This document shows positions 10,586 to 20,785 of a DNA stretch of 64,000 nt, one piece after another. The DNA is taken from the NCBI GenBank assembly GCA_902798205.1, contig CADBVV010000001.1, positions 3,020-67,019 on the forward strand, in the 5' to 3' direction. A model generated the notes under the pieces. It ran no database searches. It was given only the letters and a program-made list of their open reading frames with translations, and was not told where the DNA came from. A program made the translations under genes and the position numbers. This stretch comes from an uncultured Pseudomonadota bacterium. Lineage in GTDB: Bacteria > Pseudomonadota > Alphaproteobacteria > Rs-D84. Each line of letters opens with the position of its first letter. Position 1 is the stretch's first letter.

Positions 10586-10597
10586 TATACACTCCTA

Positions 10598-11431
10598 TTA
10601 TTTCTTCTTTGCCAAATGTCTGCTGCGGATAATCATCTTTGCAGTACGTTTATTGCTACGTGTACGATATCCCTTGGCTGGAATACCTGTGCGTGATACA
10701 GGTTCGTGTCCTTTGGAATGACCATTACCACCACCCATTGGGTGATCGTTAGGGTTCATTGCCATACCACGTGTAGATGGGCGAATTCCCAACCAACGTG
10801 CACGACCCGCTTTACCCAAATTAACATTACGTTGTTCAGGGTTAGAAACACTGCCAACTGTTGCCAAACATTCAGAATGAACTTTGCGTAATTCACCGCT
10901 GTTCATTTTAATTTGAGCATACACACCATCTTTACCCATCAATTGAGCATAACAACCAGCACTGCGGGCCAATTGACCACCAGCACCTGGTTTCAATTCT
11001 ACGTTGTGAACAATTGTTCCGATTGGCATATTTTTCAATGGCATTGTGTTACCTGGTTTAATATCTTCACGTGTACCAGAAATAACTGTATCACCTGGTT
11101 TCAAATCACGTGGTGCCAAGATATAAGAACGAACACCATCTTTATATTCAATCAATGCAATAAATGCAGTACGGTTTGGGTCATATTCCAAACGAACTAC
11201 TGTTGCAGGTATATCTTTTTTCTTACGATCAAAGTCAATCAAACGATATTTACGTTTGTGTCCACCACCCTGGTGAGGAACTGTGACATGACCAAAATTA
11301 TTACGTCCACCTTTGGACTTTAAACCAACAGTCAAAGACTTTTCAGGTGCACCTTTGTGCAATTCACTGTGGTCAATCAATGTTAAACCACGTGTTCCTG
11401 GTGTTGTTGGCTTGTAATGTTTCAATGCCAT
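10598..11431 (-). CDS. rplB: 50S ribosomal protein L2
   Basis: [28 protein letters not shown]. Confidence 0.98.
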   Translation of the reverse strand: MALKHYKPTTPGTRGLTLIDHSELHKGAPEKSLTVGLKSKGGRNNFGHVTVPHQGGGHKRKYRLIDFDRKKKDIPATVVRLEYDPNRTAFIALIEYKDGVRSYILAPRDLKPGDTVISGTREDIKPGNTMPLKNMPIGTIVHNVELKPGAGGQLARSAGCYAQLMGKDGVYAQIKMNSGELRKVHSECLATVGSVSNPEQRNVNLGKAGRARWLGIRPSTRGMAMNPNDHPMGGGNGHSKGHEPVSRTGIPAKGYRTRSNKRTAKMIIRSRHLAKKK

Positions 11432-11502
11432 TTTGTTTTACCTTTGTTTAAAGCTTTGACACTAACACCCGATCAATCCGGGTTCTCTGTCAAAACCGTT
11501 GT

Positions 11503-11832
11503 TTATTTCATATCTGCGGCCAAATCCAATTTTGCATCAGCCGGCAAAGATACGTATGCTTTTTTAACTTTGCGTTGTGTACCTGTGCTGCGACCACGGA
11601 AAGTTTTTTCTTTACCTTTCGTGATAACAATGTTGATTTTTGTTGGTTTGATACCAAACAAAACTTCCATTGCTTTTGCAACATCTTCTTTTGTTGCAGA
11701 CATTGCAACTTCGAATACAACGCCATTGCTTTCGGAAAGGCGAGCCGCTTTTTCCGAAATGATTGGACGACGCAATACATCGTATGTATTTGCCGTCACA
11801 ACTAATTTCTTTTCAACTTTTTTTTCTGCCAT
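11503..11832 (-). CDS. rplW: 50S ribosomal protein L23
   Basis: PIISEKA, KKAYVSL; operon position. Confidence 0.95.
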   Translation of the reverse strand: MAEKKVEKKLVVTANTYDVLRRPIISEKAARLSESNGVVFEVAMSATKEDVAKAMEVLFGIKPTKINIVITKGKEKTFRGRSTGTQRKVKKAYVSLPADAKLDLAADMK

Positions 11833-11848
11833 ATCTTCAAACCTTTAA

Positions 11849-12469
11849 TTATGAAAGTCTCGCTTCTACGGCTTTAACAGCGTCTGCTGTCAAAACTAAT
11901 TTTTCGTGTTTCAAGATATCCAAAACATTCAAACCAATTGTTGGCAAAACGTCAACATTGATGATGTTTGCAGCAGATTTCTTGAAGTTTGTATCAATGT
12001 TTTCAGCACCAACAAACAAAGCAGATGCAATATTCAATTTTTTCAATTGTTTTGCCAAAGCGTTTGTTTTTGCTTCTTTCATTTTTTCTGTATCAATAAC
12101 AATCAAAGCGCCTTCTTTTACTTTTGAAGACAAAGCCATTTTCAAACCCAAAGAACGAATTTTCTTTGGCAAATCGATGTTATGATCACGAACAACTGGT
12201 CCATGAACTACACCACCGCCACGCATGTGAACATTGTATCTTTCACCTTCACGTGCGTTACCTGTTTTCTTTTGTTTGAATGCTTTTTTACCACTTCCTG
12301 CAACATCAGATACAGTTTTAACTGCATGAGTGCCAGCACGAGCATTTGCACGTTGCCATGTAACAACACGGTGCAAAATGTCTGCACGTGGATCAATTCC
12401 AAAGATGCTGTCGGATAATTCTAATTTACCGACTGATTTGCCATCTAAATTTAAAATTTCTACTTGCAT
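11849..12469 (-). CDS. rplD: 50S ribosomal protein L4
   Basis: RAGTH, QKKTGNAR, RGGGVVHGP. Confidence 0.97.
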   Translation of the reverse strand: MQVEILNLDGKSVGKLELSDSIFGIDPRADILHRVVTWQRANARAGTHAVKTVSDVAGSGKKAFKQKKTGNAREGERYNVHMRGGGVVHGPVVRDHNIDLPKKIRSLGLKMALSSKVKEGALIVIDTEKMKEAKTNALAKQLKKLNIASALFVGAENIDTNFKKSAANIINVDVLPTIGLNVLDILKHEKLVLTADAVKAVEARLS

Positions 12470-12492
12470 TTTATTCACCTTATATTGTGTCG

Positions 12493-13230
12493 TTATGCTT
12501 GTTCAGCTTCGTTTACTGGTTCTTCAGCTGCTGCTTCAACAACAGGTTCTGCTGCTGGTTGTGCAACAAATGTTGGAACAGGCAATTGATCTTGAGCTTT
12601 TTTAACAGCGTCATTAACCAATACAAATGTTCCGTTGCTGCCTGGAACTGCGCCTTCAACGAAAATTAAATTTTCAGCAACATCTGTTCCAAAAACTTTC
12701 AAGTTTTGAACTGTTACTGTTTCGTTACCCATTTGACCGGACATCTTTTTACCTTTCAAGACGCGGCCTGGCCATTCACGCATACCAGTACCACCCAAGG
12801 AACGGTGTGCTTTCAATACACCGTGGGTTGCTTCTTTACCGCCAAAGTTGTGGCGTTTCATAGCACCCTGGAAACCTTTACCTTTGCTGGTTGCTTGAAC
12901 ATCAACATATTGACCGGCAATAAAATGTGCGGCAGATAATTGTGTTCCTGCTGGAATTACACAATCATCAGAAACGCGGAATTCAACAACCTTGCGATAA
13001 GGTTTTACACCCGCTTTTTCTGCTGCTACTGCTTGTGGTTTCGCAACATGTTTTGCTTTTGCTTCACGCAAACCCAATATATTTGCAACATAACCATTTT
13101 TTTCTGTTGTACGATTTCCAATAACAGCACAATCCCCAACAGATAAAACTGTTACTGCATGGGCAACACCGGCTTCATCATAAAGACGGGTCATCCCTAT
13201 TTTTGTTGTAATTAATCCGCTACGTTTCAT
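12493..13230 (-). CDS. rplC: 50S ribosomal protein L3
   Basis: KIGMT, SKGKGFQGAMKRHNF, GKKMSGQMG. Confidence 0.98.
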   Translation of the reverse strand: MKRSGLITTKIGMTRLYDEAGVAHAVTVLSVGDCAVIGNRTTEKNGYVANILGLREAKAKHVAKPQAVAAEKAGVKPYRKVVEFRVSDDCVIPAGTQLSAAHFIAGQYVDVQATSKGKGFQGAMKRHNFGGKEATHGVLKAHRSLGGTGMREWPGRVLKGKKMSGQMGNETVTVQNLKVFGTDVAENLIFVEGAVPGSNGTFVLVNDAVKKAQDQLPVPTFVAQPAAEPVVEAAAEEPVNEAEQA

Positions 13231-13289
13231 TTTTTTGCCTTTTTTTGTCAGTGGTTAATGGATTACACACATCCATCAACATACACATT

Positions 13290-13601
13290 TTATAATTTAA
13301 TTTTTACATCAACACCTGATGCCAAATCCAACTTCATCAATGCATCAACTGTCTGAGGGGTTGGATTAACAATATCTACAACCGCTTTATGATTGCGGAT
13401 TTCGAATTGTTCACGTGATTTTTTATCAACGTGTGGTGAACGGTTCACTGTAAACTTTTGAATCAAAGTTGGCAAGCGAACTGGTCCAACGACATCGGCG
13501 CCGGTGCGCTTTGCTGTTTTAACTATTTCTTCTACTGATTCCATCAAGACCCTGTGGTCAAAAGCTATTAATTTGATGCGAATCTTAGATGCAGGTACCA
13601 T
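13290..13601 (-). CDS. rpsJ: 30S ribosomal protein S10
   Basis: [14 protein letters not shown]. Confidence 0.98.
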   Translation of the reverse strand: MVPASKIRIKLIAFDHRVLMESVEEIVKTAKRTGADVVGPVRLPTLIQKFTVNRSPHVDKKSREQFEIRNHKAVVDIVNPTPQTVDALMKLDLASGVDVKIKL

Positions 13602-13671
13602 TGTTCGTTTTCCTTATTTTAAGTTGATTTGCGGGCTAAAGGATAAACCATTAACCCGCAAATTGCAACAA

Positions 13672-14859
13672 TTATTTAACAATTTTTGATACAACACCTG
13701 CACCAACTGTACGTCCGCCTTCACGGATAGCAAAGCGGCGACCTTCGCTCATAGCAATAGGTGCAATCAATTGCACGCTGATACGAACGTTATCACCTGG
13801 CAATACCATTTCTTTGTCAGCTGGCAAAGTAATTGTACCTGTTACGTCTGTTGTGCTGAAGTAGAACTGTGGACGATAGTTAGAGAAGAATGCTGTATGA
13901 CGGCCACCTTCTTCTTTTGTCAAGATATAAACTTCAGCTTCAAAGTCTGTGTGAGGTGTAATAGAACCTGGTTTGCAGATGATTTGACCACGTTCTACAT
14001 CTTCTTTCTTTGTACCACGCAACAACAAACCTACGTTATCACCGGCTTCACCTTGATCCAACAATTTGCGGAACATTTCAACGCCAGTAACTGTTGTTTT
14101 TTGTGTTGGTTTCAAACCTACGATTTCGCATTCGTCACCTACTTTGATAACACCAGATTCGACACGACCTGTTACCACTGTACCACGACCTGTGATAGAG
14201 AACACGTCTTCGATTGGCATCAAGAATGGTTTATCAATTGGACGTTCTGGCATTGGGATGTATGAATCACATGCAGCCAACAATGCATCGATAGATTCTT
14301 TGCCCAAACCGTCGTTTTTGCCTTCCAAAGCGGAAATAGCAGAACCACGGATGATAGGAGCATTGTCACCGTCGAAGTCATTTGCAGACAACAATTCACG
14401 GATTTCCATTTCAACCAATTCCAACAATTCAGGATCGTTAGCCAAATCGCATTTGTTCAAGTAAACTACGATTTTTGGAATACCTACCTGACGTGCCAAC
14501 AAGATGTGTTCACGTGTTTGTGGCATTGGACCATCAGTTGCAGCAACCACCAAGATAGCACCGTCCATCTGAGCAGCACCAGTGATCATGTTTTTAACAT
14601 AGTCAGCGTGGCCTGGGCAGTCAACGTGAGCATAGTGACGATTTGCTGTTTCATATTCAACGTGAGCAGTGTTAATTGTTATACCACGTGCTTTTTCTTC
14701 TGGTGCATTATCGATTTGATCAACACCTTTTTGTGCGTCGATACCAACGCCATAGTAGTGAACAATTGCAGCTGTTAATGTTGTTTTACCGTGGTCAACG
14801 TGACCAATAGTACCAATATTAACGTGTGGTTTTGTTCTTACATACTTTTCTTTTGCCAT
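13672..14859 (-). CDS. tuf: Elongation factor Tu
   Basis: [21 protein letters not shown]. Confidence 0.99.
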   Translation of the reverse strand: MAKEKYVRTKPHVNIGTIGHVDHGKTTLTAAIVHYYGVGIDAQKGVDQIDNAPEEKARGITINTAHVEYETANRHYAHVDCPGHADYVKNMITGAAQMDGAILVVAATDGPMPQTREHILLARQVGIPKIVVYLNKCDLANDPELLELVEMEIRELLSANDFDGDNAPIIRGSAISALEGKNDGLGKESIDALLAACDSYIPMPERPIDKPFLMPIEDVFSITGRGTVVTGRVESGVIKVGDECEIVGLKPTQKTTVTGVEMFRKLLDQGEAGDNVGLLLRGTKKEDVERGQIICKPGSITPHTDFEAEVYILTKEEGGRHTAFFSNYRPQFYFSTTDVTGTITLPADKEMVLPGDNVRISVQLIAPIAMSEGRRFAIREGGRTVGAGVVSKIVK

Positions 14860-14902
14860 AGTTTTCTCCTTAGGCTGTTAGTTATTTAAGTTTGTAAACT
14901 GT

Positions 14903-16984
14903 TTATTTTGTCATTTTTTTGATTACTTCGTCAGCAACATTTTGTGGCACTTCGTCATAGTGTGACAATTCCATGTATGGATTTGCACGACCTTGTGACA
15001 AAGAACGTAATGTTTTGACATACCCGAACAAATTCGCCAGAGGGACAAACGCAGTGATTAACTGGCTGCCGAATCTGGTTTCGATACCATTGATTTGTCC
15101 GCGGCGACTGTTCAAATCGCCAATAATGTCACCGACGTATTCTTCCGGTGTGTTAACCGAAAGCTTCATAATCGGTTCCAATAATTTCGGTGATGCTTTC
15201 TTCATCGCTTCGCGGAAGCAAGCACGCGCCGCAATTTCAAAGCATAACACATTAGAGTCAACTTCGTGATATTTACCATCTACCAATGTGGCCTTGAAAT
15301 CTACTGTTGGATAGCCAATCAAAACACCTGTTTGTTGTGCTATCTTCAAACCTTTTTCTACACCTGGGATGTATTCTTTTGGAATCGCACCACCAACAAT
15401 CTTGTTTTCAAATTCATAGCCTGCGCCTGGTTCCAATGGTTCAAATTGGATTTTAACCTGAGCGTACTGACCAGAACCACCAGATTGTTTTTTATGTGTA
15501 TATTCTTCCAAAACTGGTTTACGGAAAGTTTCACGATATGCGATACGTGGTTCACCGACATTAACATCTACTTTGAATTCACGTAACAAACGATCAACCA
15601 AAATTTCCAAATGCAATTCACCAACCCCAGCCAAAATTGTTTGACCAGATTCTTCGTCAACAGATACACGGAAAGAAGGATCTTCTTTGGCCAAAGCTTG
15701 CAAGCCCAAAGACATCTTTTCAATATCTGCTTTTGTTTTTGGTTCTACTGCGATAGAAATAACTGGTTCTGGAACGTGAATTGATTCCAAAATAATTGGA
15801 TTTGCTTCATCGCATAATGTGTCACCAGTAATAGTTTCTTTCATACCAACCAATGTGATAATATCACCAGCTGATGCTTCTTTGATTTCTTCACGTGCAT
15901 TTGCGTGCATCAACAACATACGGCCAACGCGTTCGCGTTTATCACGGTTTGAATTATAGATATAAGAACCAGAAGTCAATTTACCTGAATAAATACGGAT
16001 GAACATCAAGTTTCCAACGAAAGGATCGTTTGCAACCTTAAATGCCAAGGCACTGAAAGGTTCTTTTGGATCAGCATGACGTTCTGCTTCTGTTTTGCCG
16101 TCCATCTTTGTTCCCTTAATTGCAGGAATATCCAATGGTGATGGCAAATAATCTACGATAGCATCCAACAATGGTTGAACACCTTTGTTCTTAAATGCAG
16201 TACCGCACAACACAGGAACGAAGTTTTGTGCAATTGTTCCTTTGCGTAACAATTTTTTGATTGTAGCGACATCTGGGATTTTGCCTTCCATGTATTCTTC
16301 CATGATAGCATCATCCAATGTCACAACTTCTTCAATCAATTTGTTGTGCAATTCTTCTGCTTTTTCTTTTAAATCGTCTGGGATTGGTTCAGTAATAGGA
16401 TGTGAACCATTTTCATCTTCCCAAATAATAGCTTTCATTTCAACAACGTCAACGACGCCTTTGAAATCTTGTTCTTGACCGATTGGGAAATTAACAACCA
16501 ATGGGTTAGCGCCCAAACGTTCACGAATCATATCAACACAACGGAAGAAGTTTGCACCTGTTCTGTCCATTTTATTAATAAAGCAAATACGTGGAACATT
16601 GTAACGATCAGCCTGACGCCATACTGTTTCTGTTTGAGGTTGCACCCCAGACACAGATTCAAATACAGCCACAGCACCGTCCAAAACGCGCAAAGAACGT
16701 TCTACTTCCATTGTAAAGTCAACGTGGCCTGGTGTATCAATCAAATTGATACGATGGTCGCGCCAGAAGCAAGTTGTCGCGGCAGAAGTAATTGTAATAC
16801 CACGTTCTTGTTCTTGAACCATCCAGTCCATAGTTGCTGCACCATCGTGCACTTCACCGATTTTATATGTTTTACCGGTATAGAACAAAATACGTTCAGA
16901 AGTAGTTGTTTTACCTGCGTCAATATGGGCCATAATTCCAATATTGCGGTACATATCCAAAGATGCGGTTTTTCCAACTGACAT
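14903..16984 (-). CDS. fusA: Elongation factor G
   Basis: [27 protein letters not shown]. Confidence 0.99.
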   Translation of the reverse strand: MSVGKTASLDMYRNIGIMAHIDAGKTTTSERILFYTGKTYKIGEVHDGAATMDWMVQEQERGITITSAATTCFWRDHRINLIDTPGHVDFTMEVERSLRVLDGAVAVFESVSGVQPQTETVWRQADRYNVPRICFINKMDRTGANFFRCVDMIRERLGANPLVVNFPIGQEQDFKGVVDVVEMKAIIWEDENGSHPITEPIPDDLKEKAEELHNKLIEEVVTLDDAIMEEYMEGKIPDVATIKKLLRKGTIAQNFVPVLCGTAFKNKGVQPLLDAIVDYLPSPLDIPAIKGTKMDGKTEAERHADPKEPFSALAFKVANDPFVGNLMFIRIYSGKLTSGSYIYNSNRDKRERVGRMLLMHANAREEIKEASAGDIITLVGMKETITGDTLCDEANPIILESIHVPEPVISIAVEPKTKADIEKMSLGLQALAKEDPSFRVSVDEESGQTILAGVGELHLEILVDRLLREFKVDVNVGEPRIAYRETFRKPVLEEYTHKKQSGGSGQYAQVKIQFEPLEPGAGYEFENKIVGGAIPKEYIPGVEKGLKIAQQTGVLIGYPTVDFKATLVDGKYHEVDSNVLCFEIAARACFREAMKKASPKLLEPIMKLSVNTPEEYVGDIIGDLNSRRGQINGIETRFGSQLITAFVPLANLFGYVKTLRSLSQGRANPYMELSHYDEVPQNVADEVIKKMTK

Positions 16985-17014
16985 GTGTCTTTCCTTATTT
17001 CCTTATTAATTATA

Positions 17015-17488
17015 TTACCAACGGAAGTGAGCAAATGCTTTATTAGCTTCTGCCATTCTGTGTGTGTCTAATTTCTTTTTGAATGCGCCACCTTGACCAT
17101 TCAAAGCATCACGCAATTCTGCAAACAATCTTTCTTCCATAGAACGTTCGCCACGTTTTCTTGCGAACATAACCAACCAACGCAATGCCAATGTTTGTTG
17201 GCGTTCTTTGCGAACTTCTACTGGAACTTGGTAAGTAGCACCACCAACGCGGCGTCCTTTAACTTCAACAGATGGTTTTAATGCATCAATTGCTTCCAAG
17301 AAAGTTGTTAATTCATCTTTGTCTTTGTTGAGGGTTTTCAATTTTTCCATTGCACCATAAACGATGTTTTCGGCAACTTCTTTTTTACCATCCCACATAA
17401 CAACATTAATACATTTTGCAACAACCAGATTGTGATATTTTGAATCTGGCAAGATTTCGCGTTTTGTTGCAGCTTTACGTCTTGACAT
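17015..17488 (-). CDS. rpsG: 30S ribosomal protein S7
   Basis: [26 protein letters not shown]. Confidence 0.99.
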   Translation of the reverse strand: MSRRKAATKREILPDSKYHNLVVAKCINVVMWDGKKEVAENIVYGAMEKLKTLNKDKDELTTFLEAIDALKPSVEVKGRRVGGATYQVPVEVRKERQQTLALRWLVMFARKRGERSMEERLFAELRDALNGQGGAFKKKLDTHRMAEANKAFAHFRW

Positions 17489-17553
17489 ATTTATTTTCCT
17501 TTTTGTTTCTTCACTTGGTTTCCCAAATTACTCACACCGAAAAACGATGTGTA

Positions 17554-17925
17554 TTATTTACTACCTTTTGCGCCGTACAAGGAACGACCCTGTTTTCTGC
17601 TTTCGACGCCTTTTGTATCAAGAACACCACGAATAATGTGATATTTTACCCCTGGCAAGTCCTTTACACGACCACCACGAATCATAACAACACTGTGTTC
17701 CTGAAGGTTATGACCTTCGCCTGGAATGTATGCAGTTACTTCGTGACCATTAGCCAATTTAACACGCGCAACTTTACGTTGAGCAGAGTTAGGTTTTTTA
17801 GGTGTAGTGGTATAAACACGTGTACAAACACCGCGTTTTTGAGGATTCGACATCATATCAGGTGCAGTAGATTTTACTGCAACTTTTTTACGTGGTTTCC
17901 GAATCAGTTGATTTACTGTTGGCAT
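17554..17925 (-). CDS. rpsL: 30S ribosomal protein S12
   Basis: [16 protein letters not shown]. Confidence 0.99.
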   Translation of the reverse strand: MPTVNQLIRKPRKKVAVKSTAPDMMSNPQKRGVCTRVYTTTPKKPNSAQRKVARVKLANGHEVTAYIPGEGHNLQEHSVVMIRGGRVKDLPGVKYHIIRGVLDTKGVESRKQGRSLYGAKGSK

Positions 17926-17963
17926 TCAAATTCTCTTTGTTTTTTTATTCACTTTTTTCCATA

Positions 17964-18036
17964 CGAAACCCGCAGGCAGACTTATTTCCGGCGCATTGCG
18001 CCTGATTATAAATCTCGCATAGGTTGCGGTTTTCTG
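17964..18036 (-). promoter_or_regulatory. Long hairpin in the rpsL 5' leader
   Basis: Nested stems GAAAACCGCA/UGCGGGUUUC, AGAUUUAU/AUAAGUCU, GGCGC/GCGCC. Confidence 0.5.
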
Positions 18037-18075
18037 TTACTTCTTACTTTCCTTCATTACACGGAAAGCAAGCAT

Positions 18076-18103
18076 ATTATAACCCGACCCCGAAAATTGT
18101 CAA
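18076..18103 (-). promoter_or_regulatory. sigma70 promoter of the str operon
   Basis: TTGACA-N16-TATAAT upstream of rpsL. Confidence 0.7.
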
Positions 18104-18204
18104 GGAAAATATCCGACATTTTTTTGAAAAAACCGCTAAAAATCTATACTTTGACACATTTAACGAATGACAAATAAAAAATAAGTCTAAACAACATAAT
18201 AACA

Positions 18205-18277
18205 CATAAAAAAAAGCCCGTTCAACCGAACGGACCTTTTTATTTGTTTTTGGTTTGGATTAGAAATCGATACCGAA
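18205..18277 (-). repeat. Direct repeat copy 1: duplicate of the OMP gene 3' end and terminator
   Basis: Matches 18494-18565 except for one substitution and the A-run length. Confidence 0.95.
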
Positions 18278-18330
18278 AACAAGTAGATTTTACAAGCGCA
18301 ACGCGCACAGTAAAATCGTTACGGTTTCCG

Positions 18331-18495
18331 CCAGAATGTCAACGGCACAACATGTGCCGTTTGAAAATGACAATTTTCATGGGCGCCAGCCCCAGACACG
18401 CATGGCGAATACGAGAATACACAATTAGAAAAATCATAAAAACGCAGTTTTTTAATACGAGTTTTTATAGATTTTTATTATTGCGTATCAAGGCA
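18331..18495 (-). ncRNA. Structured non-coding element, copy A (unknown family)
   Basis: Reverse complement is homologous to 21429-21591, with compensatory changes in two hairpins. Confidence 0.6.
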
Positions 18496-18565
18496 TAAAA
18501 AAAGCCCGTTCAATCGAACGGACCTTTTTATTTGTTTTTGGTTTGGATTAGAAATCGATACCGAA
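18494..18565 (-). repeat. Direct repeat copy 2: native OMP 3' end (FGIDF*) and intrinsic terminator
   Basis: GGTCCGTTC/GAACGGGCT stem plus T-run; duplicated at 18205-18277. Confidence 0.95.
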
Positions 18566-19405
18566 TTTAACACCACCACCAAAACCTTTTTCAAAGCCCC
18601 AACCTTTTTCAGATCTCAAAGCTTCTTGTTCGCCTTTCCAATGATTCAAAGTACCATTGATGTACAAGCCAACATATTTTGTTGCATCGATGTTAAAGTT
18701 TGCAGCCAATGTTCCGGTCCAAACACCTTCATTTTCCATTTTTCTGCCTTCTATACCACCCATATATTTGTTATCGTTTGTGACACCTGCATATTCAACA
18801 CCTGCAACCATATTGAAGTGAGATGTAAAGATGTATTGTGCATCCAATCCCAATGCCCATGCATGCATACCATGGTTACCCCAGTTGAAAGATTCAGAAT
18901 TCAAATAGTTGTACAATGCATGACCTGCGATTGTCCAAGAATTTGCTACATAACCGCCACGAACACCAGCTGTCCACAAATATTGTGTAGCATCTTTATC
19001 GAACCATTTGCTATCAGAAGTACCATCTAAATGTTGTGCAGGACGGTTCAAATAGAAACCTGCTGCTTCATAAGCTGCAACAAGGTCTGCTTTCCAGCCA
19101 CCCATATCCAATGCACGATATGTTGCACCCAATTTCAAGCCATCCCAATTATATTCTTCAAATCCTCTTTTTTCAGACAAAGATGTTGCAACATCAATTG
19201 CAAAATGGTCTGTTACACCGTAACCAAAATCTTCAGCCAATGCCCATGTACGAACATCTGGGTTAGAATGTGATGACAAAGCTGTTTCACTAACATGATG
19301 ACCAGCTTTTGGCATGTATAATGGGTTACCATCAATTACGTTTGCAGCGTGTGCGCCAGAAACAGCGAATACAGCCAACAATGAAGTCAAAGCGATTTTT
19401 TTCAT
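18548..19405 (-). CDS. Outer-membrane beta-barrel protein
   Basis: Signal peptide (GAHA), alternating beta-strand pattern, C-terminal Phe (VKFGIDF). Confidence 0.8.
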   Translation of the reverse strand: MKKIALTSLLAVFAVSGAHAANVIDGNPLYMPKAGHHVSETALSSHSNPDVRTWALAEDFGYGVTDHFAIDVATSLSEKRGFEEYNWDGLKLGATYRALDMGGWKADLVAAYEAAGFYLNRPAQHLDGTSDSKWFDKDATQYLWTAGVRGGYVANSWTIAGHALYNYLNSESFNWGNHGMHAWALGLDAQYIFTSHFNMVAGVEYAGVTNDNKYMGGIEGRKMENEGVWTGTLAANFNIDATKYVGLYINGTLNHWKGEQEALRSEKGWGFEKGFGGGVKFGIDF

Positions 19406-19571
19406 TTTTTATCCTTTTTCTCGGTTAAACTTAACGTCAGGCTTTCTTTCCTGATAGGATTATTATCGCACTAAAACAAGAAATATTCAAGAAAATAAAT
19501 ATCTTGCCATATATATTTTTTATGATATAATTTGCGTAAGTTTCGTATGTGTTATTACACATGCGATTTTT

Positions 19572-20582
19572 TTATTTATTCAATTCTTTCTTGATTTCGC
19601 GCCAGATTTCGTGGTTTTTTTGGTGTTCGCTGTAATCGCGCGAAAATTTATGACCACCCCGCCCGTCCGCAACAAAGAATAAATATTTTGTGTTTGCCGG
19701 TTTCAAAACACTGCGAATCGCATCACGTCCAACATTAGCAATTGGATGTGGTGGCAACCCGTTATGCGTATATGTATTATAAGGACTGTCTATTTTTAAA
19801 TGTCCCGACAACAATGGCGCACCATGCATATCGCCTTCGAATTTAGTCAAAGGATAAATAACAGTTGGACAAGATTGCAATCGCATATTGATATTCAATC
19901 TGTTCAAATATACACTGGCCACGATCGGCATTTCACGTTTAAGCGGTGTTTCTTTTTGAACAATCGAAGCCAACACCATTACATCGTTCCAATCTTTCAA
20001 TGGCTTCGGATAATCCATATTTTCAAAAGATTTTTGAACATCCAACATTTTCTTTCTGGCCAAATCAAGAACCGCCAAACGTGTTGTTCCGCGTGCGATT
20101 CGATAAGTATCTGGGAAAATATCCCCATCGTGTAAATTACATACTGGCAAATCTTTGTTGCAATCAACATCGCCAGTTAAATACGGGACATTCATCAACA
20201 TATTTTTGATTTGGATAATTGTGTATCCTTCGGGAATTGTAATTGTGGTTGTTGCAACGCGACCGTGTGATAACATAGATGCAATTGTCCATGCCCCCGC
20301 CCCACGTGGCAATTCATATTCACCAGCCATTATTTTCCCACCGTTTAATTTGATTGAAAAATTAAACAAACTTTTAGATTTAATAATATTGTTTTTATAA
20401 AGGTAATTTGTCATACCTGTAACAGATGCACCACGTGGCACAACAACACTTATCGGGTTACGAACCGGCGACCAAATATTAAAAATGAAATAAACAACAA
20501 ACACAACCACACAGGCAATAGCCAGCGCAAATTTGGTCCATTCTTTGATGTTTTTGAATCTTCTTTTTGATATTTTTATCAT
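19572..20582 (-). CDS. mltG: Endolytic transglycosylase MltG (YceG family)
   Basis: N-terminal TM; TIPEG, FPDTY, LASIVQKE, SPYNTY, GLPP.PI. Confidence 0.93.
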   Translation of the reverse strand: MIKISKRRFKNIKEWTKFALAIACVVVFVVYFIFNIWSPVRNPISVVVPRGASVTGMTNYLYKNNIIKSKSLFNFSIKLNGGKIMAGEYELPRGAGAWTIASMLSHGRVATTTITIPEGYTIIQIKNMLMNVPYLTGDVDCNKDLPVCNLHDGDIFPDTYRIARGTTRLAVLDLARKKMLDVQKSFENMDYPKPLKDWNDVMVLASIVQKETPLKREMPIVASVYLNRLNINMRLQSCPTVIYPLTKFEGDMHGAPLLSGHLKIDSPYNTYTHNGLPPHPIANVGRDAIRSVLKPANTKYLFFVADGRGGHKFSRDYSEHQKNHEIWREIKKELNK

Positions 20583-20676
20583 AACCTGAAAGTATAAATA
20601 GTATTTTACATAAAGCAATAAAATATATTTTCTCTTGTTATTTTTTATACTATGTTTAAGAATACTTTCGTTCTTT

Positions 20677-20753
20677 CGGGGTGTAGCGCAGTCTGGTAGC
20701 GTGTTTGTCTGGGGGGCAAAAGGTCACGGGTTCAAATCCCGTCACTCCGACCA
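20677..20753 (+). tRNA. tRNA-Pro(GGG)
   Basis: 77-nt cloverleaf, anticodon loop CTGGGGG, GGTTCAAATCC, encoded CCA. Confidence 0.95.
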
Positions 20754-20760
20754 AAAAATT

Positions 20761-20785
20761 TAAAACCGCCATTTTGGCGGTTTTA
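20761..20785. terminator. Bidirectional terminator
   Basis: AAAACCGCCA-TTT-TGGCGGTTTT between convergent genes. Confidence 0.8.

Noticed and set aside
17416-18177. 253-aa plus-strand ORF and other long antisense ORFs (e.g. 5341-6039, 8190-8768, 58670-59257)
   Set aside because: Shadows of well-supported minus-strand genes; no recognisable motifs.
18244-18498. 84-aa plus-strand ORF over element A
   Set aside because: TTG start without an RBS; copy B has indels relative to A, so the shared signal is structural rather than coding.
18205-18565. CRISPR mini-array or group II intron
   Set aside because: Only two 72-bp repeats around a 216-bp insert, no cas genes, too short for an intron and no recognisable domain V.
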